64,000 nucleotides of DNA from Macrostomum lignano (lineage: Eukaryota), in assembly GCA_002269645.1 (NCBI GenBank), contig NIVC01001991.1, forward strand, positions 45,569 to 109,568, read 5' to 3'. Positions 25,031 through 36,700 of this stretch are shown here, in pieces. The position numbers and the translations under genes are program-made. Below the pieces are notes generated by a model that saw only the letters and a program-made list of their open reading frames with translations, was not told the DNA's origin and searched no databases. The first letter of the stretch is position 1. Each line of letters starts with the position of its first letter.

Positions 25031-28000
25031 ATGCAGAATCAACAGCGGCATCAACGCCAGCATGACGAGGCTGGATCAGCGTCGGCTGGCGGCGAATTGG
25101 CCGAATTTGAGGCCGCGTGGTGCCAGCTGGAGTCATTCCTATCGAATCTGTTGCACAATGACGACTACGACAGGATATTGTTGCGCAGCCTGCGACGCCA
25201 TTTCGACGCCGCCGTGGCCAGCCGGTCCGTCAATCGGCTGACGCCGGCCGGAGCGCGTCGCCTGTTCGACAGTCTCCGGCGGGACATTTGCGCCGGCGCT
25301 TTTAAACTGGTGTGCGCGCTGGATTCGCGGCTAGACCTGCAAGAGTCTCTTGCCGATGCTCCAAGCGACGCCGTACCGGAGCGACGTGTCGACGATGAAA
25401 CTGAGAAAGCGTCCGGCGAGGACGTGTCCGGCAAAGCGTCCGATGATGATGATGACGCTGCTGGCAATAGTGAAGAGGCCGATGCAGCTAAGGAAGCTGA
25501 ACCTAGCTCCGCAGACGATGATGACGGAGAGAATGACTCGGATAATGAGACGGAGAAATCCGGCGGCTCCACAAAAGCAGATACGGATTCGCAGCAAGAT
25601 CATGTTCGAGAAATCGAGCGGAACGAGGAAGATCATAAAGAAGAGGAAGCCGAACCCTTGCCGAAGAAGCGTCGAATCGCTTTGACTCGCTTGGCCGATT
25701 CGCCGGATCCTCGCCTGCCGGCAGATCGGCCGTCCACTTCGTCTGGCCCGCTGCCGAAGCTGCCCGGCCAGTTATCGGCCAGCGATTTCGATAATCGAGC
25801 TGGCGACGACGCCGACTTGACGCCTGAGGAGCATCAGAAAGCTCGGGCGCTGCAGGACTGCCTGTGCCGCATATTAACTAAGATTAAGCGACTGCAGCAG
25901 CTCGAGATGAGTCTGAATGATTTGAGCTCGGAGAGCAGCGTCTACTTGCAGGAGGACCGGCTGAAGCAGCGCGCTGTGCAGGTGTGTGTGCTGTCTGCCT
26001 GACATGGATCACAAGGCGAAAGAAGTCTGAAAGTCCTGATTCTTATTGCCAACAAGTCTATGGTCATGATTCTTATCGCTGACAAGTCTATGGTCATGAT
26101 TCTTATCACTGACAAGTCGATGGTCATGGTTCTTATCGCTGACAAGTCTATGGTCATGATTCTTATCACTGACAAGTCGATGGTCATGATTCTTATCGCT
26201 GACAAGTCTATGGTCATGGTTCTTATCGCTGACAAGTCTATGGTCATGATTCTTATCGCTGACAAATCGATGGTCATGATTTGTCTCGCTGACAAATCTA
26301 TGGTCATGGTTCTTATCGCTGACAAGTCTATGGTCATGGTTCTTATCGCTGACAAGTCTATGGTCATGGTTCTTATCGCTGACAAGTCTATGGTCATGGT
26401 TCTTATCGCTGACAAGTCTATGGTCATGATTCTTATCGCTGACAAATCGATGGTCAAGATTTGTCTCGCTGACAAGTCTAGATTATTCCTGTCATTTTTT
26501 ATACCAGGCCACTCATTTGTATCTGTGTAGTAAAAATAGTCAACCCAATCTATTTTTGACTGTTAGCCGACAATTTTCCCACTTTTTAATCCTATCGTTT
26601 TGCTTGTTGATGAGTATCAGCTGTACACTTTCCAGGTCTACAACAGCCTGTGCCGCCTTCGCCGGGCCCCCCAATCGGCCGCACTACTTTCTGGCCGCAG
26701 ATTTCGTTACGACTGCTCGGCCCACCCGGAGATCGGCGAGCTCATCGAGTGCTACGTTAATAGGCGGCGCGGATTCCCCGATCTGCCAAAAGTGCTGAAA
26801 ATTGTCAACTGGTGCAACAGGCGCCACAAATTGGGCTGGTCTCAGGCCGAGGTCCGTCGCTGCGCTGAGACCGTATTTAAAGACGTTGGCGAGCAGCTTC
26901 AAGATCGGCGTAAGCGGGACCTGTTCGACTGTCTGTTCACCGACCTGCCGGACGGGTGAGTGGCTTTATATATATTTTTGTTTCCTGCCTAACACAAAAC
27001 CTACTCTAGCCTGCCTACTCTACTCCATCGGCCCACCGATATATACCCTGTCTATTCCGATATCTACCCTGTCTATCCCGATATCTACCCTGTCTATCCC
27101 GATATCTACTCTGCCTACCCGATATCTACCCTGCCTACCCCGATATCTACCCTGTCTATCCCGATATCTACCCTACCTACCCGATATCTACCCTGCCTAC
27201 CCGATATCTACCCTGTCTATCCCGATATCTACCCTACCTACCCGATATCTACCCTGCCTACCCGATATCTACTCTGCCTACCCGATATCTACCCTGTCTA
27301 TCCCGATATCTACTCTGCCTACCCGATATCTACCCTGCCTACCCGATATCTACCCTGTCTACCCCGATATCTACCCTGTCTATTTCTATATTTACTGTGT
27401 CCATCCACTTCAGTGTGTCTACCGTATATATAACTCTTCTCTACCTGTTGTCTACTCTAATATCTACTCTTTACCTATTGTCTCTGCGTAATCTAGCAAA
27501 AATCTACAGTGAATGGCGCGCAGTTGTCCGCTCCCCATAAAAAATGAACAATCCCAATCCCCAGCGGCAGCCTGGAGGCCGACCCCGCCGAGGCCGACGC
27601 CGATCTTCGCCAGCGCCTGGAGCGCAACGCCGCCCAGGGCAGCGCCAAGCTCGCCTCGGTGCTGTCCGCCTACTCAGCCATGCCGGAGGACGCCGCCGCA
27701 GCTGCCGGCGTCGCCGACGGAGACGACAATTCAAGCAGCAGCGACGACGACGATGCCGACGAGTCGTCCGATGAAGACGAAGACGACGGTCAAAACGACA
27801 ATAAAAGCGACGGCGAAGCTGACGGCGAGGGCAACGATGGCGGCGCGGAGCGGCCGGACGATGGCGCCAACGGGGATGAGCCGGGGGAGAAGGACAGAGA
27901 CGGCACCGGGCAGATAGGCGAGGCCGGGCCGCAGTCGGAGAAGAATAAAAATCCCGCTGGCGATCAGGAGGCCGAACAGCTGATCGTCTCCGGCCAGGAT

Positions 28001-28480
28001 GCAGTGGAAGATCAGGCTAACGATTCCGACTCTGTGCAGATTGTGTCGCTGTGGCAGCCGACCAAGCCGTCTGATTCTTCTTCTGTCGCTGTCAAAGCCA
28101 AGGGCTCGCTGCCATTTTGTCGGCCAAAGCGTCAAATGCATCTTAGCCGGCCAGCCAGGCCTATTATAGACTTGGACAGCGTGCCCCCTATGCAGCCTAG
28201 ACCAATGCCTTATTCTGCTTCAAGTTCTACTGCTGCTGTTGCTGCTGCTGGCACTGCATCCTCCGGACGAATTCAACTGCAGAGGCCGCGCGTGCTTGGC
28301 CAGAGCAATTCTCGTGCGTCTCAGTCCCCGCTGCCCACTGCCCAGTCTGGGTTGGTTAAAACTTCATGGGGCGCCAGCGGCAGAGTCGGCCAGCCAGGCG
28401 GCGGCTTCTCTTTACTGGGCCTGCCGCAGCCGCCTCGTATCGGCTCTGTCAGCTCGGACTCGGTCATCCAGATTGACTGA
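25031..28480 (+). CDS. DAXX: Death domain-associated protein 6 (H3.3 chaperone DAXX) homolog, 3 exons, about 728 aa
   Basis: Exons 25031-25981, 26636-26955 and 27565-28480 (2187 nt, in frame). Histone-binding domain match IKRLQQLEMSLNDLSSESSVYLQEDRLK..FPD..VFKDVGEQLQDRRKRDL..LRQRLERN..KLASVLSAYS. Acidic tract and C-terminal SIM-like DSVIQID. The start codon is less certain. Confidence 0.88.
26035..26478. repeat. 30-bp minisatellite in DAXX intron 1
   Basis: TGGTCATGATTCTTATCGCTGACAAGTCTA units. Confidence 0.95.
27035..27382. repeat. 20-21-bp minisatellite in DAXX intron 2
   Basis: CCCGATATCTACCCTG(T/C)CTA(T/C) units. Confidence 0.92.
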
Positions 28481-28679
28481 GCGAGGACTTCATTCACCCT
28501 TCGGTTGTGCGTTAGCGCGTTTATACAGGGTGCTTGGAATTCACGTTTTTAAACTGTCTGCTCACTGATTTTTAATAACCACGACTCGACTTCGCAACGA
28601 ACTTTTTCACTTGAATTTTTTCAACTTTTCATAGTCTAATATCTTCAGGGATCTTGAATCTTTTATGTCAGACTGTAAG

Positions 28680-29250
28680 AGCCTCAGTTGCTGGGCCACC
28701 GCCCCCCCCCCAGATCCTCAGTTGCTGGACCACCGCCCACCCCTCCCCAAGATCCTCAGTTGCTGGGCCACCGCCTCCCCCAGATCCTCAGTTGCTGGGC
28801 CACCGCCTCCCCCAGATCCTCAGTTGCTGGACCACCGGCCACCCCTCCCCCAGATCCTCAGTTGCTGGACCACTGCCCCCCCCCAGATCCTCAGTTGCTG
28901 GACCACTGCCCCCCCCAGATCCTCAGTTGCTGGACCACCCCCTCCCCCAAAACCTCAGTTGCTGGACCACCGGCCACCCCTCCCCAGATCCTCAGTTGCT
29001 GGGCCACCGCCCCCCCTCCCAGATCCTCAGTTGCTGGGCCACCCCCTCCCCCAGATCCTCAGTTGCTGGACCACCGGCCACCCCTCCCCCAGATCCTCAG
29101 TTGCTGGGTCACCGCCCCCCCCCAGATCCTCAGTTGCTGGGCCACCCCCTCCCCCAGATCCTCAGTTGCTGGACCACCGGCCACCCCTCCCCCAGATCCT
29201 CAGTTGCTGGGTCACCGCCCCCCCCCAGATCCTCAGTTGCTGGACCACCC
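28680..29250. repeat. C-rich minisatellite (about 30-37 bp)
   Basis: CCCAGATCCTCAGTTGCTGG(A/G)CCACC with variable C runs. Confidence 0.92.
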
Positions 29251-29914
29251 AGCACCACAATCCCAAGGGATGGGGGTGTGGCACATGTTTCTCTCGCGTG
29301 ATCAATGACAAATTTGCTATCGCCCGTGTGAGCGTTGATGCGCACATGTGGCTTGATCTAATTTCTAATACTAGTTTGTGCACTTTTTAATTTATGATAA
29401 TTATAACTGAAATCTCTAACGAGCGTATTGTATCAATTTCATTATGTATTGTGAATACTTTTATTGGTGCATTATTGGTTTGGGATTATCTACTATTTAA
29501 TCTATATATTTATTCCACTGTTTTACCGGGTTGGTATATCGTGTCCACATGTATCAGGCTTCTTTGTTGATAACATAACTACTTGTTGCCGGGCGGGCCA
29601 CTATCCGACCTTAAATCTCTGTCGATCTAATTAATGCATTTCCTAGACAAATGCCAATATCAGCGTTGTGTGGTTTCCTTGTGTGTTTTTCTCTTGCCTT
29701 TTGTGTGCTACTCGTAATTTTTCATCCGAAATTTTTTCATTGCCATCATGTTGGCTAATCAATAACCAATAATAATACGCTAATTGGTTGGAGTTCTTTA
29801 ACTCCGGCAGCGGCTTTTCCTTTCCAGCCACTGTTTAGTTTTGTTGGAAATTAGTCCAAATTATTATACTGAGATTTTGTAATTCATTTCTATTGCTTTC
29901 TTGACGCATGTATC

Positions 29915-32230
29915 CCCAGTGACCCCTCACCCCCAGTTTGCCTGCTAGCTCCTTAGTGACCCCCTCCCCCCAGTTTGCCTGCTAGCTCCCTAGTGACCCC
30001 CACCCCCAGTTTGCCTGCTAGCTCCCTAGTGACCCCCCTCCAGCTTGCTTGCTAGCTCCCTAGTGACCCCCACCCCCAGTTTGCCTGCTAGCTCCCTAGT
30101 GACCCCCCTCCAGCTTGCTTGCTAGCTCCCTAGTGACCCCCACCCCCAGTTTGCCTGCTAGCTCCCTAGTGACCCCACCCCCAGTTTGCCTGCTAGCTCC
30201 CTAGTGACCCCCACCCCCAGTTTGCTTGCTAGCTCCCTAGTGACCCCCACCCCCAGTTTGCCTGCTAGCTCCCTAGTGACCCCCACCCCCAGTTTGCCTG
30301 CTAGCTCCCTAGTGACCCCCACCCCCAGTTTGCTTGCTAGCTCCCTAGTGACCCCCACCCCCAGTTTGCTTGCTAGCTCCCTAGTGACCCCCCTCCAGCT
30401 TGCTTGCTAGCTCCCTAGTGACCCCCCAGTTTGCCTGCTAGCTCCCTAGTGACCCCCACCCCCAGTTTGCCTGCTAGCTCCCTAGTGACCCCCCTCCAGC
30501 TTGCTTGCTAGCTCCCTAGTGACCCCCCAGTTTGCCTGCTAGCTCCCTAGTGACCCCCCAGTTTGCTTGCTAGCTCCCTAGTGACCCCCCAGTTTGCTTG
30601 CTAGCTCCCTAGTGACCCCCCAGTTTGCCTGCTAGCTCCCTAGTGACCCCCACCCCCAGTTTGCCTGCTAGCTCCCTAGTGACCCCACCCCCAGTTTGCT
30701 TGCTCGCTCCCTAGTGACCCCCTCCAGCTTGCCTGCTAGCTCCCTAGTGACCCCCCAGTTTGCCTGCTAGCTCCCTAGTGACCCCCCCAGCTTGCCTGCT
30801 AGCTCCCTAGTGACCCCCCAGCTTGCCTGCTAGCTCCCTAGTGACCCCCCTCCAGCTTGCTTGCTAGCTCCCTAGTAACCCCCCAGCTTGCTTGCTAGCT
30901 CCCTAGTGACCCCCCTCCAGCTTGCTTGCTAGCTCCCTAGTGACCCCCAGTTTGCCTGCTAGCTCCCTAGTGACCCCCCAGTTTGCCTGCTAGCTCCCTA
31001 GTGACCCCCCCAGCTTGCCTGCTAGCTCCCTAGTGACCCCCCAGCTTGCTTGCTAGCTCCCTAGTGACCCCCCTCCAGCTTGCTTGCTAGCTCCCTAGTG
31101 ACCCCCCCCAGCTTGCCTGCTAGCTCCCTAGTGACCCACCAGTTTGCCTGCTAGCTCCATAGTGACCCCCACCCCCAGTTTGCTTGCTAACTCCCTAGTG
31201 ATCCCCCTCCAGCTTGCTTGCTAGCTCCCTAGTGACCCCCCAGCTTGCTTGCTAGCTCCCTAGTGACCCCCCTCCAGCTTGCTTGCTAGCTCCCTAGTGA
31301 CCCCCAGTTTGCCTGCTAGCTCCCTAGTGACCCCCCAGCTTGCTTGCTAGATCCCTAGTGACCCCCCTCCAGCTTGCTTGTTAGCTCCCTAGTGACCCCC
31401 AGCTTGCCTGCTAGCTCCCTAGTGACCCTCCAGCTTGCTTGCTAGCTCCCTAGTGACCCCCCCAGCTTGCCTGCTAGCTCCCTAGTGACCCCCAGTTTGC
31501 CTGCTAGCTCCCTAGTGACCCCCCTGCAGCTTGCTTGCTAGCTCCCTAGTGACCCCCCCCAGCTTGCCTGCTAGCTCCCTAGTGACCCTACCCCCAGTTT
31601 GCTTGCTAGCTCCCTAGTGACCCCCCAGTTTGCCTGCTAGCTCCCTAGTGACCCCCCACCCCCACTTTGCCTGCTAGCTCCCTAGTGACCCCACCCCCAG
31701 TTTGCTTGCTAGCTCCCTAGTGACCCCCCCAGCTTGCCTGCTAGCTCCTTAGTGACCCCCCAGCTTGCCTGCTAGCTCCCTAGTGACCCCCCCAGCTTGC
31801 CTGCTAGCTCCCTAGTGACCCCCCAGCTTGCCTGCTAGCCCCCTTGTGACCCCCCCCAGTTTGCCTGCTAGCTCCCTAGTGACCCCCTCAGCTTGCCTGC
31901 TAGCTCCCTAGTGACCCCCAGCTTGCCTGCTAGCTCCCTAGTGACCCCCCAGCTTGCCTGCTAGCTCCCTAGTGACCCCCCAGCTTGCCTGCTAGCTTCC
32001 TAGTGACCCCCAGCTTGCCTGCTAGCTCCCTAGTGACCCCCCCAGCTTGCCTGCTAGCTCCCTAGTGACCCCCCAGCTTGCCTGCTAGCTCCCTAGTGAC
32101 CCCTCCAGCTTGCTTGCTAGCTCCCTAGTGACCCCCCAGCTTGCCTGCTAGCTCCCTAGTGACCCCCCAGCTTGCCTGCTAGCTCCCTAGTGACCCCCCC
32201 CCCCAGTTTGCCTTCTAGCTCCATAGTGAC
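29915..32230. repeat. 2.3-kb minisatellite (about 30-36 bp)
   Basis: GTGACCCC..CAG(T/C)TTGC(C/T)TGCTAGCTCCCTA units. Confidence 0.95.
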
Positions 32231-33735
32231 CCGCCAATTTGCCCTTGCCCTACCGATAACCCAAAAGTGCCCGACCCCTTGCAATGATGCTGTTGAATTC
32301 AGTTGAATTCGAAATAGCTAGATCATTTATATGCATATTGAGACCTGAGGGTTGAGCAGAGAGAACAAAGCAAAATTACTAATTGCTAAGTGTGACATTT
32401 GTGCATGGTAAACATTGCAATCCTATGCGGATGTCTGATGTGTTGACAATGCCATCGATTCCGAACAAATTTGAATAATTTATCTAACTAATTTAATATG
32501 AAAACGTTTTTCTGTGTGCACATATTGAATTGCGCTCGCGCTTAGCGTTTGGCGTGACGCTTGTAGCGGCTGCAGCATAATCGTTCGGGTTTAGTTTTAA
32601 ACCCGAGCCGAGCACAATCTTGGTCATGATTCGTACAGCACTACCAAATAAGAGTATCTCAATTAGTGCCTTCTTGAGTCTCCACACTGGGACACTTGAA
32701 GTCTGGCTAGCTATAGTGCTTTTCTGCGTTCCCCATTCCACTTAGGCCATGGCTTTTGCTTTTTTCAAAATTTGACGGATCACTAATGAGAGCCTTGCGA
32801 GTAGCACGGAGACTAAGGAAGCACGTGATATTTCAATTTAGCCTATAATCCATGCAGTCTCCGTGCGATTTGAGCACTGCAGCTCTCCCCCCAAGGGGGT
32901 GCTGTCCATCCCATCCCTAATGCTGTTTTCATTCATTCATACCCGTCAGTCTATACAATATATGCCTTTCCTCGGGCATCAACCCGGGACATGCAGCTTG
33001 CAAAGCTCCCGCGTATTCCCCCATGTGTGCTCCGATCCTCTTGAAAGCTGCTGAGAACTCGCCGCTCCCCAGGGAGGTTGCCGAATAATTGAGAAAGTCT
33101 GTTACCGAATCTTCGATGCTTTTCAATGAACGCCGCTCAGAGTGCACGCGGCCTTTTTTCTAAGCGTAAGTCGCAGGTGGCAGAGATATAGTTGAGCAGT
33201 TCTCAGAATAGATCACGGCTGAATTCTTTAAGGATGGATGGATTCGATATACTGGCACAATCCAGGAGACTCTTCTACTCAAGTTGAAAATTAGTGCAAA
33301 TATAAACGTGTCTTATATTGTGGAAAGCCTATAAATATGGGTCTCTAATGGTGCGCTCCTCCAGGCACAAGAAGAGCGAGAATGTCTATCCTGCATGCAG
33401 ATACGGCGCCTGCGATCGCCTGCTGCATAACTTAATTTAATAAAGTACTTTGTAGCTGACTTCTAGCCATGCATTCTCAGCGGTCTCGATTACGAATTCA
33501 TGACAGCCTTCAGCCAGCTCTGTTCAAATGGATCACCGTTGAAACTATGCGAGATGGATGGGGAGCATCGGGGACAACCAATAGCAGGGGCGGGTGCGGG
33601 AGGGTGGGGTGGAGATTCGCCTAGCGACGATATATGAGACTGTAAGAATATGAGATGAGTTTGAGCAGTCTCAGAGAGAGCTCAGGATTTTTCTAATTTG
33701 ACCCATTTGACAGCATAAACAAGCGACAGACAAAA

Positions 33736-36700
33736 ATGAATAATATCTACAAAGAGCTCATGTGCTCAATGTTCACGTGCGCCAACTCCACGGGTTTGAA
33801 TGACAGAAACGAAAGCTTGGGCCTGGCCTCCAACAGGTCCAGAGTCTTGAGCGGCAGCGACTCCGTGTGCCCCGGCTGCCAGCTGTTCTACCTGATTGCC
33901 ACACCGCTGATTGTCATCCTGGGCTGCGTTGGCAACATCCTGTGCATCAAAGTGTTCACCAGGCGCCGGTTTCACAACCAGAGCGCCAGCGTGTTTTTCG
34001 CCTTCCTGTCCGGCGCCGACCTGCTCGTCCTGCTGTTCTACGTGGTGCCCGGATGGCTGCAGCGCCAGAACTTCCTGCCTACGGAGCTGAAGAGCTGGCT
34101 GAGCCTGCAGATTGTGTGCCAGGCCCAGCTGTTCTTCTCCTATTCGTTCCGCCTGGTGTCCGTCTGGATGCTCGTCACCTCCACTGTGGAGCGATTCGTT
34201 GGTGAGCGGCTGCTGGCTGACTTAAAATAATATTTGCAGGCACCCTGGCGCAACGCCTTTGGCGACTTGGTCCAGCAACCAGCGCTGACGGCAATTCTGC
34301 CCATCCCGCTGACTCCTGGAGTCAAGAGCACATGCAAGCGTGTCAATACTGTACACAGGCACGCACTCATGCACAGGCTCACGCAGGGTGTACAGCGGCC
34401 CTGGCTTTTTAACATAGGCGTAGGAACGGGGACAGTGGTGCCATGCCCCCCCCCACTTTTTAAAATGGGGGCAGTAATGGTATCTGGCCCCTCCACATTT
34501 TAAATGTAAAATGTAGACTTTTTGCTTATTTTTGGTTTTTGCTGCGTTGGATGAATGCATTTTGCTGCAGGGCGACAAAACATAGCGCCTGCAGCGCCAA
34601 AATGAGAGCCTGCGGCGCTAAAATGAGTGCCTGCTACGCTAAAATGAGTGCCTGCAGCGCCAAAATGAGTGCCTGCAGCGCCAAAATGAGTGCCTGCAGC
34701 GCCAAAATGAGTGCCTGCAGCGCCAAAATGAGTGCCTGCGGCGCTAAAATGAGTGCCTGCGGCGCTAAAATGAGTGCCTGCGGCGCTAAAATGAGTGCCT
34801 GCGGCGCTAAAATGAGTGCCTGCAGCGCCAAAATGAGTGCCTGCGGCGCCAAAATGAGTGCCTGCAGCGCCAAAATGAGTGCCTGCAGCGCCAAAATGAG
34901 TGCCTGCAGCGCCAAAATGAGTGCCTGCAGCGCCAAAATGAGTGCCTGCAGCGCCAAAATGAGTGCCTGCAGCGCCAAAATGAGTGCCTGCAGCGCCAAA
35001 ATGAGTGCCTGCAGCGCCAAAATGAGTGCCTGCAGCGCCAAAATGAGTGCCTGCAGCGCCAAAATGAGTGCATGCGGCGCTAAAATGAGTGCATGCGGCG
35101 CTAAAATGAGTGCCTGCAGCGCTAAAATGAGTGCCTGCGGCGCTAAAATGAGTGCCTGCGGCGCTAAAATGAGTGCCTGCGTCGCTAAAATGAGTGCCTG
35201 CAGCGCCAAAATGAGTGCCTGCGGCGCTAAAATGAGTGCCTGCAGCGCTAAAATGAGTGCATGCGGCGCTAAAATGAGTGCCTGCAGCGCTAAAATGAGT
35301 GCATGCGGCGCTAAAATGAGTGCATGCGGCGCTAAAATGAGTGCTGACAGGACAGATTCTGAAAATAATCGGTACATATAATGTGCATTTTCTATATAAA
35401 AAATCTGACTCGATGGGGCGTGCGCCCTGTGCGCCCCCCACCCTAAATCTGCCACTGAACCTGTCCCCCACTTTTGAAACGTTCCTATGCTTTCTAATCA
35501 TCAGGCGTGTACACTCTCTGTCTCTGTGCCTACATGAAGTGAAAATTTAAAGTGCATATTTTGAATTAATTTCCCGTTTCACTTACTTTCTACTGGATTG
35601 AATTGTTCAGTCGGCTTTTGTTTTTATAGATTCCTTGCTCATTATTAAATTGACTGCAATTACCAAATTATCCTGATTGTTTTGAGGGGCAATCTGATTG
35701 AGTAAGGATAATGGGGGGCTTCAAGGAGGATTTCTCTAATTAATTTTCTCACTCAGGTCACACGTAGGTCCCAGTTTCCGAACCCGGTGCAGTGGATGCT
35801 GCTTAGGAATAGTTTAATATTTTCTTTCAGAAACTCGCCAACAGCAGAGTGGGTATAGTCTTCATGCCAGTGCGACTTTCTGCTTTCGCCATCCTACCCC
35901 CCCCCCCTCTCCAACCTGGCTGGTCCGTCTGTCGCGAGCACGCCGACTTCCCTCTTCGCGTGACCGCGTAATTTTGCTCTGCCATCCCCCCGCCTTTGTC
36001 TCTCAGCTTGATGCATTTCCTGCCCTGCCGGCCTGCCTTTCCCATTCCTCCATGCTGTGCCCCCCCCTGCCCCAAGTCACTATGAGCTCTTTCCGCGGAC
36101 TATGCTTCCCTCTTCATCAATCCCTTCCAAGCATCTCTCTATTTATTATTACTGACTGACCTGACTACCCCCACCCAAGGCCGTATTCCGTGCTCAGACT
36201 TTTCCAGTCTGTGTCCGCATATGCGCCCATCTATAGTCCCAGTATGCGACCATGCAGATTTGATCAATCGAGATCCGCCCCATCAGCCGTTTCATTCATT
36301 TATGCATCTGGTTGTCCAAGAAGGTGACAGGGCGTAGTTGAGAAGTCTCGCGCTTTGAACAAGAAAATTACGGAATCTGCTCTGCTTCTGGGAGAGAAAC
36401 GCGAAAAGCCAGCCTCTGAATTTGGACTGGAAGTCATGGTGGGGGGTTGGCCCTCGCATCCCCAGCTCTACACTTGTCTCATTCTCCCTCTCTTTCCCTC
36501 TCCCCTCTGACTAGCGCTTCTGGCGTGAGCTGTCCTGTTCTACCAACTTTTATTGCCATATTTTGCTGTCAAGCGCTTTCGAAGCAGAATATCAAATGAA
36601 TTCAATTATTAGGATGGGGGGGGCTGGGCCTGCGCGCTTTTAAAATTCACTGCCTTCTCTGACACTTTATCTACGGCACCACGCCCTCTAAAAGTGGGAA

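Noticed and set aside
27510-27540. Alternative DAXX exon 3 acceptor at 27509
   Set aside because: Leads to TAA after about 10 codons; the acceptor at 27564 gives the conserved DAXX sequence.
34384-35457. hAT-like element enclosing the 21-bp array
   Set aside because: The right end (CCCTAAATCTGCCACTG) looks like a hAT terminus, but I found no matching left TIR or 8-bp TSD.
34500-35501. 333-aa, 280-aa and 273-aa repetitive ORFs
   Set aside because: Translations of a 21-bp minisatellite.
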